A program made the position numbers and the translations under genes. DNA of 47,858 nt from an uncultured Rhizobiaceae group bacterium. GTDB lineage: Bacteria; Pseudomonadota; Alphaproteobacteria; Rhizobiales; Rhizobiaceae. Location of the stretch: NCBI GenBank assembly GCA_938030595.1, contig CALHIB010000003.1:1-47858 (forward strand), written 5' to 3'. The notes under the pieces are model-generated. The model did no database searches, was not told the origin of the DNA, and was given only the letters and a program-made list of their open reading frames with translations. How positions within the stretch are numbered: position 1 is the stretch's first letter; the number at the start of each line of letters is the position of its first letter. Below are positions 8,943 through 17,296 of this stretch, piece after piece.

Positions 8943-9118
8943 GGCCCCATCTTCCTATCAAGTGATTCTATATAAACTATTCTTCCATTAAAAATGTTTA
9001 CAACCTGTTAACCATGTTTGGTTTTTATAAAAGGAACGATTCATTTTTTATTTTCTTTGAAAATGGATTTTAGAATACACCCATAAGAACCTTTGGTTCT
9101 TTTAATTGGAGAAACTGA

Positions 9119-9289
9119 ATGAGTAATATTCTAAAGTTTCCACTGCAACGCGTACAAAGACGATCATATGAAATGCCGGAAATTTCACATGAAGCAGATA
9201 TTTTAGTGTTTGAAGGTGTGCGTTATGAAAAAGCTAGCCTTGAAGAAAAGGTTCTTCGCCGCAAGAAAAGATCAAAAATCAAATCTTAA
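9119..9289 (+). CDS. Unlisted small ORF (56 aa), hypothetical
   Basis: GGAGA RBS 6 nt upstream of the ATG. Sequence MSNILKFPLQRVQRRSYEMPEISHEADILVFEGVRYEKASLEEKVLRRKKRSKIKS. Below the 60-aa cutoff of the track. Confidence 0.4.
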   Translation: MSNILKFPLQRVQRRSYEMPEISHEADILVFEGVRYEKASLEEKVLRRKKRSKIKS

Positions 9290-9864
9290 GCATCAGGCAC
9301 AATCGCAATATTTGTGTTGTACGGCATGCACTTAGCGCTTTTTAAAAAATCATCAGAGTGTGTCTGCCAGCTGGGATCAGGCACCAGGGCACGCAGGAGT
9401 ACAAAACCCTTCATATTCTGACTTTCAACCAGAATAGATGATTCAATTTCTTCTGGTTGTGTTTGCCGGATATCAGCCATTTGAATAGGGTTTACAATCA
9501 CCACTCTAAGTTCATTTTTAATAGCTGTACGGTCATTCATGCTGTAAATGATTTTACCGGTTTCATCAAAAACTGACGCAGACCAAAAAGTCTTTGCTTC
9601 ATTTCCAATAATCTGGATTGCTGTTTTCGTCAGATCAAACTTGCAAACGGAAAGTTTTAAATACGGATCACTGGTGGAAATGCCAAATGCATTGCCATCA
9701 CCAATATGATAAAATTGGTGCGTGTCCAATTTTGCAGCAATCTGCTTTGCAGCATCTTTTGACCCTAGTGACGGTATCAACAAAATGATAACGATATGAA
9801 TAATACCAGCAAGGATTAAGCTGCATACTCCAAGATATATTAGTCGAGTTTTCATTCCTGACAC
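9286..9864 (-). CDS. Membrane-anchored conserved protein (partner of a DUF1214/DUF1254-type pair)
   Basis: 192 aa with N-terminal TM LIYLGVCSLILAGIIHIVIILLIP. Overlaps the upstream gene by 13 nt, which suggests an operon. Confidence 0.6.
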   Translation of the reverse strand: MSGMKTRLIYLGVCSLILAGIIHIVIILLIPSLGSKDAAKQIAAKLDTHQFYHIGDGNAFGISTSDPYLKLSVCKFDLTKTAIQIIGNEAKTFWSASVFDETGKIIYSMNDRTAIKNELRVVIVNPIQMADIRQTQPEEIESSILVESQNMKGFVLLRALVPDPSWQTHSDDFLKSAKCMPYNTNIAIVPDA

Positions 9865-10433
9865 CCAATTAACTTGATGCGTGGCATCTGCGGATCAATT
9901 ACACCTGAATTGCTAGTAATCGGTGTATCATACAACCGCAAAATCAGTTTGAAATCTCCGCTGCCTTTTGTGATCATCCAATTGCCTGATCTCGGTGTGC
10001 TGCTAATTTTTATAACAAAAGATGAATCCGGGTATCGAACTAAATTACCTGAATAAAGAGCTGATTTTTGGGCTGCATCATTCACAACTAAATTTCCAGC
10101 ATCATCATATGCAGATAAAGTCCAAAGCCTGGCAGAAGAAGTTTGACCAGCTACTTCGTAATTACATTCTTTTGATAGACGCTTTCCATCTTGATCATTG
10201 ATTGCTTCAAAAGCCAAGCCTTCTGCTGCACCCAACGGAATGGTACCATCGCTCGTTGCCTTGGCGCTTGTATAGGGATCGACCTGGGCACCACCAACAA
10301 ATGGCCATGCTGACCAAGGGCCGGTATTAACTGCGCCAATTCCATGCGTACGTTGCAAAGCAAAGTTTGCACTTATGCCACCCAGGAGCAGCCCAATAAA
10401 TAATACGATTGCAGCATTGATAATGATACGCAT
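9852..10433 (-). CDS. DUF1214-like membrane-anchored protein
   Basis: 193 aa with N-terminal TM IIINAAIVLFIGLLLGGI and motifs GPWSAWPFVGG...DPYTSA. Family call is from memory. Confidence 0.6.
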   Translation of the reverse strand: MRIIINAAIVLFIGLLLGGISANFALQRTHGIGAVNTGPWSAWPFVGGAQVDPYTSAKATSDGTIPLGAAEGLAFEAINDQDGKRLSKECNYEVAGQTSSARLWTLSAYDDAGNLVVNDAAQKSALYSGNLVRYPDSSFVIKISSTPRSGNWMITKGSGDFKLILRLYDTPITSNSGVIDPQMPRIKLIGCQE

Positions 10434-10473
10434 AGAATTATTGCTTAATACTTTGGTTGGACGATATTATTAT

Positions 10474-12663
10474 TCATTGTGTTGAAGTATCCGAATTTTC
10501 AAAGTTTGCAATCTCACCATTAAGTTTAAGCTTTTTTGCACCTTGAAATATTTTTTCCAACGCTCTCAAACGCTCTTCTGATTGCTTGGATAAAAGCTTT
10601 GGTCTTAGAGGCTGCGTTTCGGTTTCTTCCGGGCGGGGTACCACGTTATTAACAGGTTCATCTGATCTGCCAGGTAGTGGGTTTTCTATGTATGGTATGG
10701 GGCGTAGTTCAAGATTTTTATGGGCATAGGTCATAAACTTCTGCCAGGTCATTGCCGGCAGGCGCCCGCCAGTTAAGCGTCTGGTGGGTTGATAGTTGTC
10801 ATTACCAAACCAAACCGCCGAAACATAATTGCCCGTATATCCTACAAACCATGCATCACGGTAAGCTTGAGTTGTACCGGTTTTACCAGCCGCACGAATA
10901 CCATTTAAGGCAGCACGTTTTGCCGTGCCCCATTCTGGTATCTGTGCCATCATTTTATTCATGGCTGCGACTGTGTCTTCCTTTAGTACCTGCGGGGCTG
11001 CCTTTGCGTCTTCGCGAATGTCAAAGAGTATATTGCCAGATGTATCCAGTATTTGAGACACACCAAATCGATTTAATTTTTTCCCGCCGGTCATAAATGT
11101 TCCATAACCAGATGCCATTTCAAGAACGGTAACACCATTTGACCCGAGAACCATCGGTGGATTAACGACCATCTCGGATTCGATGCCCATATCCCGAGCA
11201 GTTTTTACCAAGCGGTCACCACCCAGTGGTTTCAGGCCATCACGACCAAGGTACATTTTCACGGGAACAGTATTAATGGATTTCACCAGTGCTGTAGTCA
11301 TATCCATACGGCCACGGAAATTTGGTGTGTAGTTGCGTGGGCACCAGTTTCTGCCAAACCTTACAACACAAACCCGTCCATCCGTAACTCTTGTTTTTTC
11401 ATTATAACCAAAGTTGTTGATGGATGAAGCATAGACAAATGGTTTGAATGAAGAACCTGGTTGGCGTTTTGAAAGCGTCGCCCGATTAAACTGACTTTGT
11501 CCGTAATCGCGGCCACCCACCATGGCACGTACAGCGCCCTCGTGGTCAATAACAACCATCGCAGCATCTCTCACACCGTATTGTGTGCCAAATTGACGAA
11601 GATGCGTTTCAACAGATTCTTCTGCTGCTTTTTGCAGGTCGAGATCAACTGTAGATTTAACAACCAGATTTCTTGTTTTGAATTTAACGGCAGTTTTGCG
11701 AACTTCATCATATGCCCAATCAAGGAAATAGTTAGGTCCCTGTAGGTCTTCTCTAGGCACAACGCTGGCGGGTTCACGTCTGGCTCTGATAACTTGTCCT
11801 TCGGTCATAAACCCGGCCTGCACCATGTTGGTAAGGACTTCGTTTGCACGTGCGCGAGCTGCAGGTAGATTGATGTGCGGGGCGTATTTCCCCGGAGCTT
11901 TATATAATCCAGCAAGCATGGCGGCTTCTGCCAGAGTTACATCTTTGATGTTTTTATCAAAATAATACTGAGCTGCCGCCGCAATACCAAAGTTGCCGCC
12001 ACCCATGTAAGCGCGGTCAATGTAAAGTTTGAGAATTTCTTTCTTAGACAAGTTTGTCTCAAGCCATAATGACAGAAATGCTTCCTTGATTTTTCTATCC
12101 AGAGTTCGCTCATTGGTCAGAAATAGGTTTTTGGCAAGCTGCTGCGTTATGGTACTACCGCCTTGAACCACAGAATTTGCACGAACATTTTCAGCCATTG
12201 CGCGAACCAAGCCTAAAAAGTCGATGCCAATATGTTCGAAGAAGCGTCGATCTTCTGTTGAAAGCACTGCCTTGATAAAATGATCAGGCAGAGCGTCCAG
12301 TTCTTCTGCTGCGTTTTGGCGAATGCCGCGGCGGCCGATTTCCTTGCCATTTCTATCTAAAAACAGAACAGAATAATCATCCTGACTGCGCCAGTCTTTT
12401 TGGGTTTCCTCGAAAGCGGGAAGGGCAAGAGCCAGCATAGCTATAGAGCCTAGAACCCCAAGCGTAATACTTTCATCAAAAATCTCGACCAGGAACCGTT
12501 TGAAACCTTTTACACGAAATTTTCTGAAGAAAATGGTTATACTTTCCCAGCGTTCACCCGCGTCGGAGAACATGCGGTAGAGCGATGAATCAATCCAGGA
12601 ATCGATATCAAGTAGCTTGTTCCAACCGCCACTTTTTTTCTGATTTTTAAATGGATCACGCAA
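10474..12663 (-). CDS. Class A penicillin-binding protein (PBP1A family; transglycosylase/transpeptidase)
   Basis: GT51 motifs EDRRFFEHIGID, GGSTITQQLAKN and RKIKE. Transpeptidase motifs SSFKP and KTGTT. Confidence 0.95.
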   Translation of the reverse strand: MRDPFKNQKKSGGWNKLLDIDSWIDSSLYRMFSDAGERWESITIFFRKFRVKGFKRFLVEIFDESITLGVLGSIAMLALALPAFEETQKDWRSQDDYSVLFLDRNGKEIGRRGIRQNAAEELDALPDHFIKAVLSTEDRRFFEHIGIDFLGLVRAMAENVRANSVVQGGSTITQQLAKNLFLTNERTLDRKIKEAFLSLWLETNLSKKEILKLYIDRAYMGGGNFGIAAAAQYYFDKNIKDVTLAEAAMLAGLYKAPGKYAPHINLPAARARANEVLTNMVQAGFMTEGQVIRARREPASVVPREDLQGPNYFLDWAYDEVRKTAVKFKTRNLVVKSTVDLDLQKAAEESVETHLRQFGTQYGVRDAAMVVIDHEGAVRAMVGGRDYGQSQFNRATLSKRQPGSSFKPFVYASSINNFGYNEKTRVTDGRVCVVRFGRNWCPRNYTPNFRGRMDMTTALVKSINTVPVKMYLGRDGLKPLGGDRLVKTARDMGIESEMVVNPPMVLGSNGVTVLEMASGYGTFMTGGKKLNRFGVSQILDTSGNILFDIREDAKAAPQVLKEDTVAAMNKMMAQIPEWGTAKRAALNGIRAAGKTGTTQAYRDAWFVGYTGNYVSAVWFGNDNYQPTRRLTGGRLPAMTWQKFMTYAHKNLELRPIPYIENPLPGRSDEPVNNVVPRPEETETQPLRPKLLSKQSEERLRALEKIFQGAKKLKLNGEIANFENSDTSTQ

Positions 12664-12799
12664 ACGGATTGTTCCTTATTTCTCAATTCAGGTATTTCTA
12701 TAACATAATTGATAGCGTTTGAATGGAAAAATCATCATATGACTTTATAGTTTCTCAAATTCTGGTAAACGCCAGTTACAACAAATCTGGAAGTAAATT

Positions 12800-13258
12800 A
12801 TGGCAGATCGCCCATTTTGGAAAACAAAAACGCTAGAACAAATGTCTAAGACTGAGTGGGAGTCGCTTTGCGATGGTTGTGGCAAGTGTTGTCTTAACAA
12901 GCTGGAGGACTGGGATACTGCTGAAATTTACTGGACTAATATCGGTTGTGAACTTCTTGATTGCGATAGTTGTCGCTGTAAGGATTATGGTAATCGCTTT
13001 GAGCTGGTTTCTGATTGCATCCAACTGACACCCGAAACTGTTCGTAGTTTGACCTGGCTGCCTCCTACCTGCGCATACCGTTTGGTACGAGATGGCGAAG
13101 ACCTTTTTGATTGGCACCCGCTCATATCAGGTGATCCAGAAACGGTTCATAAAGCGGGTATAAGTGTGAAAGGCAGAGCCATTCCTGACGATGGAAAACC
13201 TGCAGAAGAATACGAAGATAACTTGGTAGATTGGCCCAGAGAGATTTATATTCCTTAA
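12800..13258 (+). CDS. ycgN: YcgN/UPF0260 family Cys-cluster protein
   Basis: 152 aa. Has [18 protein letters not shown]...[12 protein letters not shown], characteristic of YcgN. Confidence 0.85.
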   Translation: MADRPFWKTKTLEQMSKTEWESLCDGCGKCCLNKLEDWDTAEIYWTNIGCELLDCDSCRCKDYGNRFELVSDCIQLTPETVRSLTWLPPTCAYRLVRDGEDLFDWHPLISGDPETVHKAGISVKGRAIPDDGKPAEEYEDNLVDWPREIYIP

Positions 13259-13378
13259 ACGGATTTCACAGGCTTAAGATTTTTAATGTCGTTTGCAGCA
13301 AGTGTTCCTGGCAATCCACTAGAGCCATACACGCCAATTGGGTTATGATTTTCATCAAGTGCCAACGATTCGTTTTCG

Positions 13379-13999
13379 ATGTTAGGAAGATGCTGCGTGT
13401 CTATTGAGCTTTCGCCTTTACCTGCAATTGGTTTTGCCACTGAACCACTCCCAACCCGTGATGGGTTTCGTTTTACACTTACGACGTTACTCTCAACATT
13501 GTTAAATGATGCAGAGCAAATGTTTGGCCCACGTGACATGTCTTATACGCCAGTGGGAATTGAGTTTTACGGAAATAGACCACAAGTCTGGTATCCCGGT
13601 ACCAATAAACATATATCAATAATCTTAACAGATAGTGCGCGTGAAGACCCAGCGCAGGCCATTTTTCAATTAGCGCATGAAGTGATGCACCTACTATCGC
13701 CAACAGGCGGAGCAAATGCCCCTGTAATCGAAGAAGGGTTAAGCGCCTTATTCCAACAACGTGCCAACGAAGTTTATGATCTAGATCTACATCTTGTAGC
13801 AGTGCCTTATGTCAAGGCAACAGAGCTGGCAAATATGCTCTTGAAAGGTGAGCCTAGTATTATAAAGCGTTTGAGAAAAATTGAGCCTGCCTTTCATAAA
13901 TGGACACCACGATTTTTAGTTTCAGAGGCAAGGATATCTCGCGCTTTGGCAGAAGAACTATGTGAGCCATTTATAGATTTTGAAACTCGAGAAAAATAA
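13379..13999 (+). CDS. Orphan HEXXH zinc-metallopeptidase-like protein
   Basis: QLAHEVMHLLSP, with EEGLS 13-14 residues downstream of the motif's second His as a possible third ligand. The start is ambiguous: the first 47 codons overlap an antisense ORF, and alternative starts are TTG 13499 and ATG 13520. Confidence 0.55.
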   Translation: MLGRCCVSIELSPLPAIGFATEPLPTRDGFRFTLTTLLSTLLNDAEQMFGPRDMSYTPVGIEFYGNRPQVWYPGTNKHISIILTDSAREDPAQAIFQLAHEVMHLLSPTGGANAPVIEEGLSALFQQRANEVYDLDLHLVAVPYVKATELANMLLKGEPSIIKRLRKIEPAFHKWTPRFLVSEARISRALAEELCEPFIDFETREK

Positions 14000-14023
14000 T
14001 TTCAAAATAATAGGAATTTATTC

Positions 14024-14052
14024 TTGACACCGAAACGGTGTTGGGGTACATT
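14024..14052 (+). promoter_or_regulatory. Candidate sigma70-type promoter of the GTA cluster
   Basis: TTGACA (14024-14029), 17-nt spacer, TACATT (14047-14052). The spacer contains the inverted repeat CACCGaaaCGGTG. Confidence 0.5.
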
Positions 14053-14123
14053 ATTTATACGATCGGAGAAGTGCGGATAGCACTCTTTGAGCCTTAAATC
14101 ATACATTTGTATTTTGCTTAATT

Positions 14124-14157
14124 AGCTGCCTTTTCTATAGGTGGCTTTTTTGCGTTT
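14124..14157 (+). terminator. Candidate intrinsic terminator in the GTA leader, upstream of g1
   Basis: 7-bp stem AGCUGCC/GGUGGCU (two G-U pairs) with a 9-nt loop, followed by TTTTTTGCGTTT. Lies about 40 nt upstream of the g1 start. Confidence 0.45.
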
Positions 14158-14192
14158 AAGTATCTCATACTGTTTCAAACGGGGAATATGTT

Positions 14193-14492
14193 TTGTCAGA
14201 TGAACCAAGTCAACTGGAAGAAATCGCAATTAAATTTCGTAACAAATTACTTGATAAGGTTTCTAAATTTGAAGACGTGGAAGCGGATGAAGCAATCTCT
14301 TCTGAGCAGCAATTAAAATCGTATATGGGATTTTTCAAGTTACTTCAAAGTTTGGAAGAAATGATAAAACGGGTGCAACAAGAACGTGAAAAAAAGTCTG
14401 ACAGGGGAGTGGATATATTGGAATTCCGCCGAGAGCTTGAAGAACAAATTGCCAAACTTGTCGACGCAAAAACTCAGGCAATTATTCCTTGA
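14193..14492 (+). CDS. g1-position small acidic coiled-coil protein (possible GTA small terminase-like protein)
   Basis: 99 aa with a TTG start preceded by GGGGAA. The assignment rests on its position directly upstream of TerL; no motif was recognised. Confidence 0.5.
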   Translation: MSDEPSQLEEIAIKFRNKLLDKVSKFEDVEADEAISSEQQLKSYMGFFKLLQSLEEMIKRVQQEREKKSDRGVDILEFRRELEEQIAKLVDAKTQAIIP

Positions 14493-15750
14493 GGAGTTAG
14501 ACGAAAAAGCAATCGAGGTCATTAAGGCTGACTGGCCGTTATGGGCGAGATTAAAACAAAGGCCTCCACTATGCGACTGGCGGACATGGCTAGTTTTGGG
14601 AGGACGTGGCGCAGGCAAAACAAGAACCGGAGCTGAGTGGCTTAAGGGGGTTGCAATGGCAGACCCGCATTATCCAGGCTCAAGTGGCGGCAGGATAGCG
14701 CTGGTAGGAACAAGCTATGATGACATGCGTGATGTCATGGTTGAAGGAGAATCCGGATTACTCGCAATCCATAAAAAATCAGAACGCCCGCAATGGATTG
14801 CCTCTCGAAAAGAGCTAATTTGGTCTAATGGTACGATTGGAAAATTGTTCTCTTCAATCAACCCTGAAGGGCTGAGGGGGAGTCAATTTGGAGCTGTATG
14901 GTGCGATGAAATCTGCAAGTGGCAAAATCTGCAACAAACTTGGGACATGCTACAATTTTGTTTAAGGTTGGGAAAAAATCCAAGGCAGGTTGTGACAACC
15001 ACACCCAAGCCCTTAAAGCTTTTGAAGGCGCTGATCAAAGATCCAACAACCATAACAGTGCGTTCCACAACATCAGAGAATGCGAGCAATTTGGCTGACG
15101 GGTTTTTAGAGTATGTTGAAGGAATATACTCAGGCACCCGCTTAGGCAGGCAAGAGCTTGAAGGTGAAATTATTGAAAACAATGAATATGCATTGTGGCG
15201 TAGGGAACAAATTGAAGCATCCAGATTAGACAAGCCAGCACAAATAAATCGCATCGTCATCGCAGTTGATCCGCCAGCTGGCTCAAATTCCAAGTCAGCA
15301 TCTTGTGGTATTATTGCCGCTGGCATTTTGCCTGATGGGAAGTGTTGTGTCCTGGAAGACAGAACAATATCCAAGGCCACGCCAGATCGGTGGGCAGCGG
15401 AAGTTGTTGCACTTTATCAATTGTTGGAAGCTGATTTGATTGTTGCTGAGGTAAACCAGGGTGGTGACATGGTAAAAACGGTCATTCATACGATCGATCC
15501 AACAGTACCAGTGCGTTCAGTACATGCAAGTCGTGGCAAGTGGATAAGAGCTGAACCAGTAGCGCTTTTGTATGAGCGGGGACGAGTTTTCCATGCAGAA
15601 AAATTTGCAGAACTTGAAGACCAAATGTGCGCCTTTACACCAGATGGAATAGCAGATGGTGTCTCGCCTGATCGGGTAGATGCGCTTGTTTGGGCAATTA
15701 CAGAACTGGCGCTCACTAAACGCAGCGAACCTCGCGTACGCAGTGCATAA
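14386..15750 (+). CDS. GTA/phage terminase large subunit (g2)
   Basis: DWPLWARLKQRPP...WLVLGGRGAGKTRTGAEW (Walker A), plus a C-terminal nuclease region. The called GTG start overlaps g1 by 107 nt. The real start may be TTG 14437, 14449 or 14458. Confidence 0.93.
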   Translation: MKKSLTGEWIYWNSAESLKNKLPNLSTQKLRQLFLEELDEKAIEVIKADWPLWARLKQRPPLCDWRTWLVLGGRGAGKTRTGAEWLKGVAMADPHYPGSSGGRIALVGTSYDDMRDVMVEGESGLLAIHKKSERPQWIASRKELIWSNGTIGKLFSSINPEGLRGSQFGAVWCDEICKWQNLQQTWDMLQFCLRLGKNPRQVVTTTPKPLKLLKALIKDPTTITVRSTTSENASNLADGFLEYVEGIYSGTRLGRQELEGEIIENNEYALWRREQIEASRLDKPAQINRIVIAVDPPAGSNSKSASCGIIAAGILPDGKCCVLEDRTISKATPDRWAAEVVALYQLLEADLIVAEVNQGGDMVKTVIHTIDPTVPVRSVHASRGKWIRAEPVALLYERGRVFHAEKFAELEDQMCAFTPDGIADGVSPDRVDALVWAITELALTKRSEPRVRSA

Positions 15751-15774
15751 ATTCAACAAATAACGGGATTAATA

Positions 15775-16947
15775 ATGAACCGATTTTTTAACTGGTTGAA
15801 ATCATCAACCAATACACATGCACGTCTGGAAGAAAAACAATCTACCGGTTCGTTAATTGCTTTTCATTCCGCAGGCAATGCAATTTGGTCTGCAATGGAT
15901 GGCGGTGATCTGGCAGGACAAGCCTTTGCACGCAATCCGGTAGTGTATCGTTGTATTAGAATGATCAGTGAAGCAGCTGGTTCATTACCCTTTATGGTAC
16001 GCGAGGAAAGGGTGGAAGTGCATGAGCATCCGCTTCTTGAAGTTTTATCAAAGCCAAATGCGCGTCAATCTGGACCTAAATTTCTTGAGGCCATGTATGG
16101 TCATTTGTTGATTGCAGGAAATGTCTATTTGACAAAAATAGAAGTTGCCGAACAACTTCGTGAAATTCATATTCTGGATCCTGCTAAAGTACGCCCGGTT
16201 TTGGATGAAAAAGGTTGGCCAAAGTTCTATGAATATGTTTCGGGGTCAGTTGTAACCCGTTATGATCTAAGCGAGATTTTACATCTGGCTTTATTTAATC
16301 CATCAGATGATATTAACGGTCTCTCACCTTTGTCTTCAGCGCATATGGCTTTGGATATTCATAACGCTGCAAGCAATTGGAACAAAGCTTTATTGGACAA
16401 CTCGGCTCGCCCTTCAGGAGCGTTGGTTTATGCATCATCCGCAGGTGAGAATTTGACTGACGATCAATTTAATCGCCTAAAAAATGAACTGGAAGAAGGC
16501 TACACTGGCTCAACCAGAGCAGGACGTCCTATGCTGCTGGAAGGTGGGCTTGATTGGAAGGCCATGGGATATAGTCCGCGTGATATGGACTTCATGCAGG
16601 CAAAAAATGGTGCAGCACGTGAAATTGCTTTGGCTTTTGGGGTGCCTCCAATGTTGTTGGGAATTCCAGGTGATAATACTTATTCAAACTATCAAGAAGC
16701 CAATCGTGCATTTTGGCGACAAACTGTTTTACCGCTAGCGAATAAAACGTCTTGCGATATGGGAAATTGGCTTGCCAGTGATTTTACTGGAAACCTCACA
16801 CTCATTCCGAATGTTGAAATGGTTGATGCTTTGGCATCAGATCGGGAAGGGTTATGGGCACGTTTGGGGCAGGCAGATTTCCTCACCGCAAATGAAAAGC
16901 GGGAAGCTTTGGGTTATCTCCCGATGGATGACGAAGGCATCGTTTAG
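15775..16947 (+). CDS. HK97-family phage portal protein (g3)
   Basis: 390 aa. Has AFARNPVVYRCIRMISEAAGSLPF, the central ...SPRDMDFMQAKNGAAREIALAFGVPPMLLG... and a typical portal C-terminus. Confidence 0.95.
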   Translation: MNRFFNWLKSSTNTHARLEEKQSTGSLIAFHSAGNAIWSAMDGGDLAGQAFARNPVVYRCIRMISEAAGSLPFMVREERVEVHEHPLLEVLSKPNARQSGPKFLEAMYGHLLIAGNVYLTKIEVAEQLREIHILDPAKVRPVLDEKGWPKFYEYVSGSVVTRYDLSEILHLALFNPSDDINGLSPLSSAHMALDIHNAASNWNKALLDNSARPSGALVYASSAGENLTDDQFNRLKNELEEGYTGSTRAGRPMLLEGGLDWKAMGYSPRDMDFMQAKNGAAREIALAFGVPPMLLGIPGDNTYSNYQEANRAFWRQTVLPLANKTSCDMGNWLASDFTGNLTLIPNVEMVDALASDREGLWARLGQADFLTANEKREALGYLPMDDEGIV

Positions 16948-16948
16948 A

Positions 16949-17284
16949 ATGTCTGTTTCTTTTACAAACCCTAGTGAGATTCCGGAACAAGTTTGGATAT
17001 TTATTGCGAAAGTCATTGGTGCAATTTGTGGGTCTGCAATATCTATAGCGTATTTATTACCCGCCAACAGGCGTGAAGCGTTCACACGATTTTTTGTTGG
17101 CATTACGATCGGAATGATTTTTGGAACATCAGCCGGCATTAAGCTTGCTGACTATTTGAGTATATCTGATCGCATGTCTGAAATCGAAATAGCTCTGTCA
17201 GGGGCTGCGGTCGCAAGCCTTTGTGCCTGGTGGGGGCTGGGTGCTCTCAATCGCCTCACATCGCGGCTGGGCGTTACAAAATAA
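16949..17284 (+). CDS. Small three-TM membrane protein at the g3.5 position
   Basis: The ATG at 16949 lies 1 nt after the portal stop. The track's 16772 start overlaps the portal gene and is unlikely. Hydrophobic segments: VWIFIAKVIGAICGSAISIAYLL, FFVGITIGMIFGTSAGIKLA, IALSGAAVASLCAWWGLGAL. Confidence 0.6.
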   Translation: MSVSFTNPSEIPEQVWIFIAKVIGAICGSAISIAYLLPANRREAFTRFFVGITIGMIFGTSAGIKLADYLSISDRMSEIEIALSGAAVASLCAWWGLGALNRLTSRLGVTK

Positions 17285-17296
17285 ATTTTTGATAAC

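Noticed and set aside
16772-16948. Track start at 16772 for the 170-aa ORF overlapping the portal gene 3' end.
   Set aside because: The first 59 codons lie out of frame inside the well-supported portal gene. An ATG at 16949, 1 nt after the portal stop, gives a compact 111-aa membrane protein.
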